56,856 nt of DNA from assembly GCA_041659345.1 (NCBI GenBank), contig JBAZYI010000001.1, positions 1 to 56,856 on the forward strand, written 5' to 3'. Under the pieces are notes generated by a model, which was given only the letters and a program-made list of their open reading frames with translations, was not told the origin of the DNA and searched no databases. Below, piece after piece: positions 55,080-56,856 of this stretch (the first letter of the stretch is position 1; each line of letters begins with the position of its first letter). Position numbers and translations under genes: made by a program. The stretch is from Candidatus Nanopelagicaceae bacterium. Lineage in GTDB: Bacteria > Actinomycetota > Actinomycetes > Nanopelagicales > Nanopelagicaceae.

Positions 55080-56856
55080 CTTGCGCCTGCGGCGTTATCT
55101 CGGTACTCGGAGCTTTCGTTACTCGTTTTGCTCGAGTCGTCTTCGGCTTTGCCTTTACAGGTTTTGCGCCCGCTACGGGAGTGGTTCGCGATAGTGCTAC
55201 ACGCGTAGGGATGGGCGGCACGGAAGATGGTTTTCGAGTACTCGAGCCTGTCCACGCCGGACGGTTCGGACGCGGCTTGACCTGCGCAAATATCTCTGCA
55301 ATCTCCTCTTTATTGAGGGTTTCGCGTTCGAGCAGTTGCACCACCATTTCATCAAGGATGGCGCGATTTTCATCCAAAATATCAAAGGCCTCTTGGTGGG
55401 CGTTCTCAATAAAGGTGCGAATCTCGCTATCGATCAATGCCGCGACACTTTCAGAGAAATCACGAGTGTGACCGTAATCGCGACCCATAAATGGTTCTGA
55501 CGCATCCGTACCCAATTTAATAGCGCCAATCGACTCGGTCATTCCGTATTGAGTCACCATTGCGCGCGCAAGGGTTGTCGCCTTATCAATGTCATCACTC
55601 GCGCCGGTCGATGGATCATGGAAGATTAATTCTTCGGCTGCCCGACCCCCAAGTGAGTAGGCCAATTTATCGAGCAGTTGATTTCTCGTTACGGAATATC
55701 GATCATCGTCCGGCAGAACCATGGTGTAACCCAGGGTGCGACCGCGAGGCATGATCGTTATTTTGTGCACCGGATCGGTATGCGGCAGAGCATGAGCGAC
55801 GAGTGCGTGTCCACCTTCATGGTAAGCCGTTACGCGTCGCTCGTCTTCGCTCATCAAACGACTCTTACGCTGTGGTCCCGCCATGACACGATCAATTGCT
55901 TCATCCAATTCGGTGTTGGTGATGAGCTTCTTCTCTTCCCGTGCAGTGAGAAGAGCCGCCTCATTCAGGACATTCGCCAAATCAGCCCCGGTAAATCCCG
56001 GAGTACGACGGGCAAAATTGAGCAGATCCACATCCTCTGCAATGGGCTTGCCTTTTGCGTGAACTTTTAGAATTTCCTCGCGCCCCTTTAAGTCAGGTCG
56101 CTCAACTGGAATTTGACGGTCAAAACGGCCCGGACGCAGAAGTGCAGGATCTAAAATATCTGGACGGTTGGTGGCGGCAATCAAGATGACAGAACTATTT
56201 GTTTCAAATCCATCCATCTCGACAAGCAATTGATTGAGCGTCTGCTCGCGTTCATCGTGCCCGCCACCCATGCCTGCACCACGCTGGCGACCTACGGCAT
56301 CAATTTCATCTACAAAGACAATTGCCGGGGCATTCTCTTTTGCTTGGTTAAAAAGATCTCGAACGCGGGCGGCACCCACTCCGACAAACATCTCAACAAA
56401 ATCAGAACCCGATATTGAGTAGAACGGAACATTGGCTTCACCCGCAACCGCGCGAGCGAGAAGAGTCTTGCCTGTTCCTGGAGGGCCATAAAGCAATACG
56501 CCTTTAGGAATTTTGGCACCCAGAGCAACATATTTTGGTGGATTCGCAAGGAAATCCTTGATCTCATTGAGTTCGGCCACGGCTTCATCTGAGCCCGCTA
56601 CATCAGCAAATGTTGTTTTAGGCACATCATTGCTCTGCAATTTTGCCCTTGAGCGACCAAAGGAGAAAGCCCTATTGCCACCCTGCGCTTGTCCCATCAT
56701 AAGGAAGAAGAGGAAGCCGATCACAAGAATCGGTCCAAAGGAGAAGAAAATCAAGGTCAAGAGAGATTGTGAAGCAACTTTTACCGACCATGCATGAGGC
56801 GGTGGATTTCCGACAAGCAACTCCACCAGCGTCGGTTCCTGACCGGTTATGTAGTA
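55072..56856 (-). CDS. ftsH: ATP-dependent zinc metalloprotease FtsH (5' end lies beyond the window edge)
   Basis: AAA+ motifs [11 protein letters not shown] and DEIDA, protease site HEGGHA. The frame stays open upstream of the track's GTG 'start' all the way to 56856 ([16 protein letters not shown]...). Only TM2 is visible, so the N-terminus is outside the window. Confidence 0.95.
   Translation of the reverse strand, partial: YYITGQEPTLVELLVGNPPPHAWSVKVASQSLLTLIFFSFGPILVIGFLFFLMMGQAQGGNRAFSFGRSRAKLQSNDVPKTTFADVAGSDEAVAELNEIKDFLANPPKYVALGAKIPKGVLLYGPPGTGKTLLARAVAGEANVPFYSISGSDFVEMFVGVGAARVRDLFNQAKENAPAIVFVDEIDAVGRQRGAGMGGGHDEREQTLNQLLVEMDGFETNSSVILIAATNRPDILDPALLRPGRFDRQIPVERPDLKGREEILKVHAKGKPIAEDVDLLNFARRTPGFTGADLANVLNEAALLTAREEKKLITNTELDEAIDRVMAGPQRKSRLMSEDERRVTAYHEGGHALVAHALPHTDPVHKITIMPRGRTLGYTMVLPDDDRYSVTRNQLLDKLAYSLGGRAAEELIFHDPSTGASDDIDKATTLARAMVTQYGMTESIGAIKLGTDASEPFMGRDYGHTRDFSESVAALIDSEIRTFIENAHQEAFDILDENRAILDEMVVQLLERETLNKEEIAEIFAQVKPRPNRPAWTGSSTRKPSSVPPIPTRVALSRTTPVAGAKPVKAKPKTTRAKRVTKAPSTEITPQAQDE

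Noticed and set aside
1-56856. Looked for CRISPR arrays, tRNA/rRNA genes, transposases, integrases, toxin-antitoxin pairs and known defence-system genes
   Set aside because: None was found. All non-coding gaps are 204 nt or shorter, no direct-repeat/spacer architecture is present, and no recombinase-like ORF appears. The window looks like core chromosome, not a mobile or defence island.

Overview
This window is a densely packed stretch of an actinobacterial chromosome, probably from a streamlined lineage. GC is about 50% by eye (not computed). There is almost no intergenic DNA, and many genes are joined by ATGA/GTGA stop-start overlaps. I call 56 protein genes and find no rRNA, tRNA, CRISPR array, transposase or integrase.

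Left third: a respiratory super-cluster. It holds nuoA-G (nuoG runs off the left edge), menG, bioY, menF/D/C/B/E/A and System II cytochrome c maturation (ccsB-resB-ccdA plus a ResA-like thioredoxin).

Middle: a histidine phosphatase, a HAD-IB hydrolase, and an XPB helicase separated from its large Helicase_C_3-like partner by an M20 peptidase. These are followed by a glutaredoxin-like protein and two lineage-specific secreted beta-rich proteins, one of which is an HExxH metalloprotease with an FN3 domain. The two secreted genes flank a 32-codon ribosomal protein bS22 gene that is missing from the ORF track. Then come proC, a Cys-rich conserved protein and radA.

Right-middle: an ~11-kb island governed by a MurR-type regulator that looks like peptidoglycan-fragment salvage. 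It contains a dipeptide epimerase, a beta-lactamase-fold hydrolase, a GNAT, anmK translationally coupled to a peptide-type ABC importer, and murQ. This is my best candidate for something not yet described as a unit.

Right third: the conserved actinobacterial clpC / lysS-coaX-...-panC-folK-folB-folP-folE-ftsH string (ftsH runs off the right edge). A short ArgA-like GNAT sits where lsr2 sits in Mycobacterium, and nadB-nadC sit where panD sits.

Several ORF-track starts are over-extended. I reset them where a conserved N-terminus plus a 4-nt overlap or a Shine-Dalgarno (SD) sequence supports it. Most of the window is ordinary housekeeping. All functional calls come from motif and sequence recognition by eye, with no database search.
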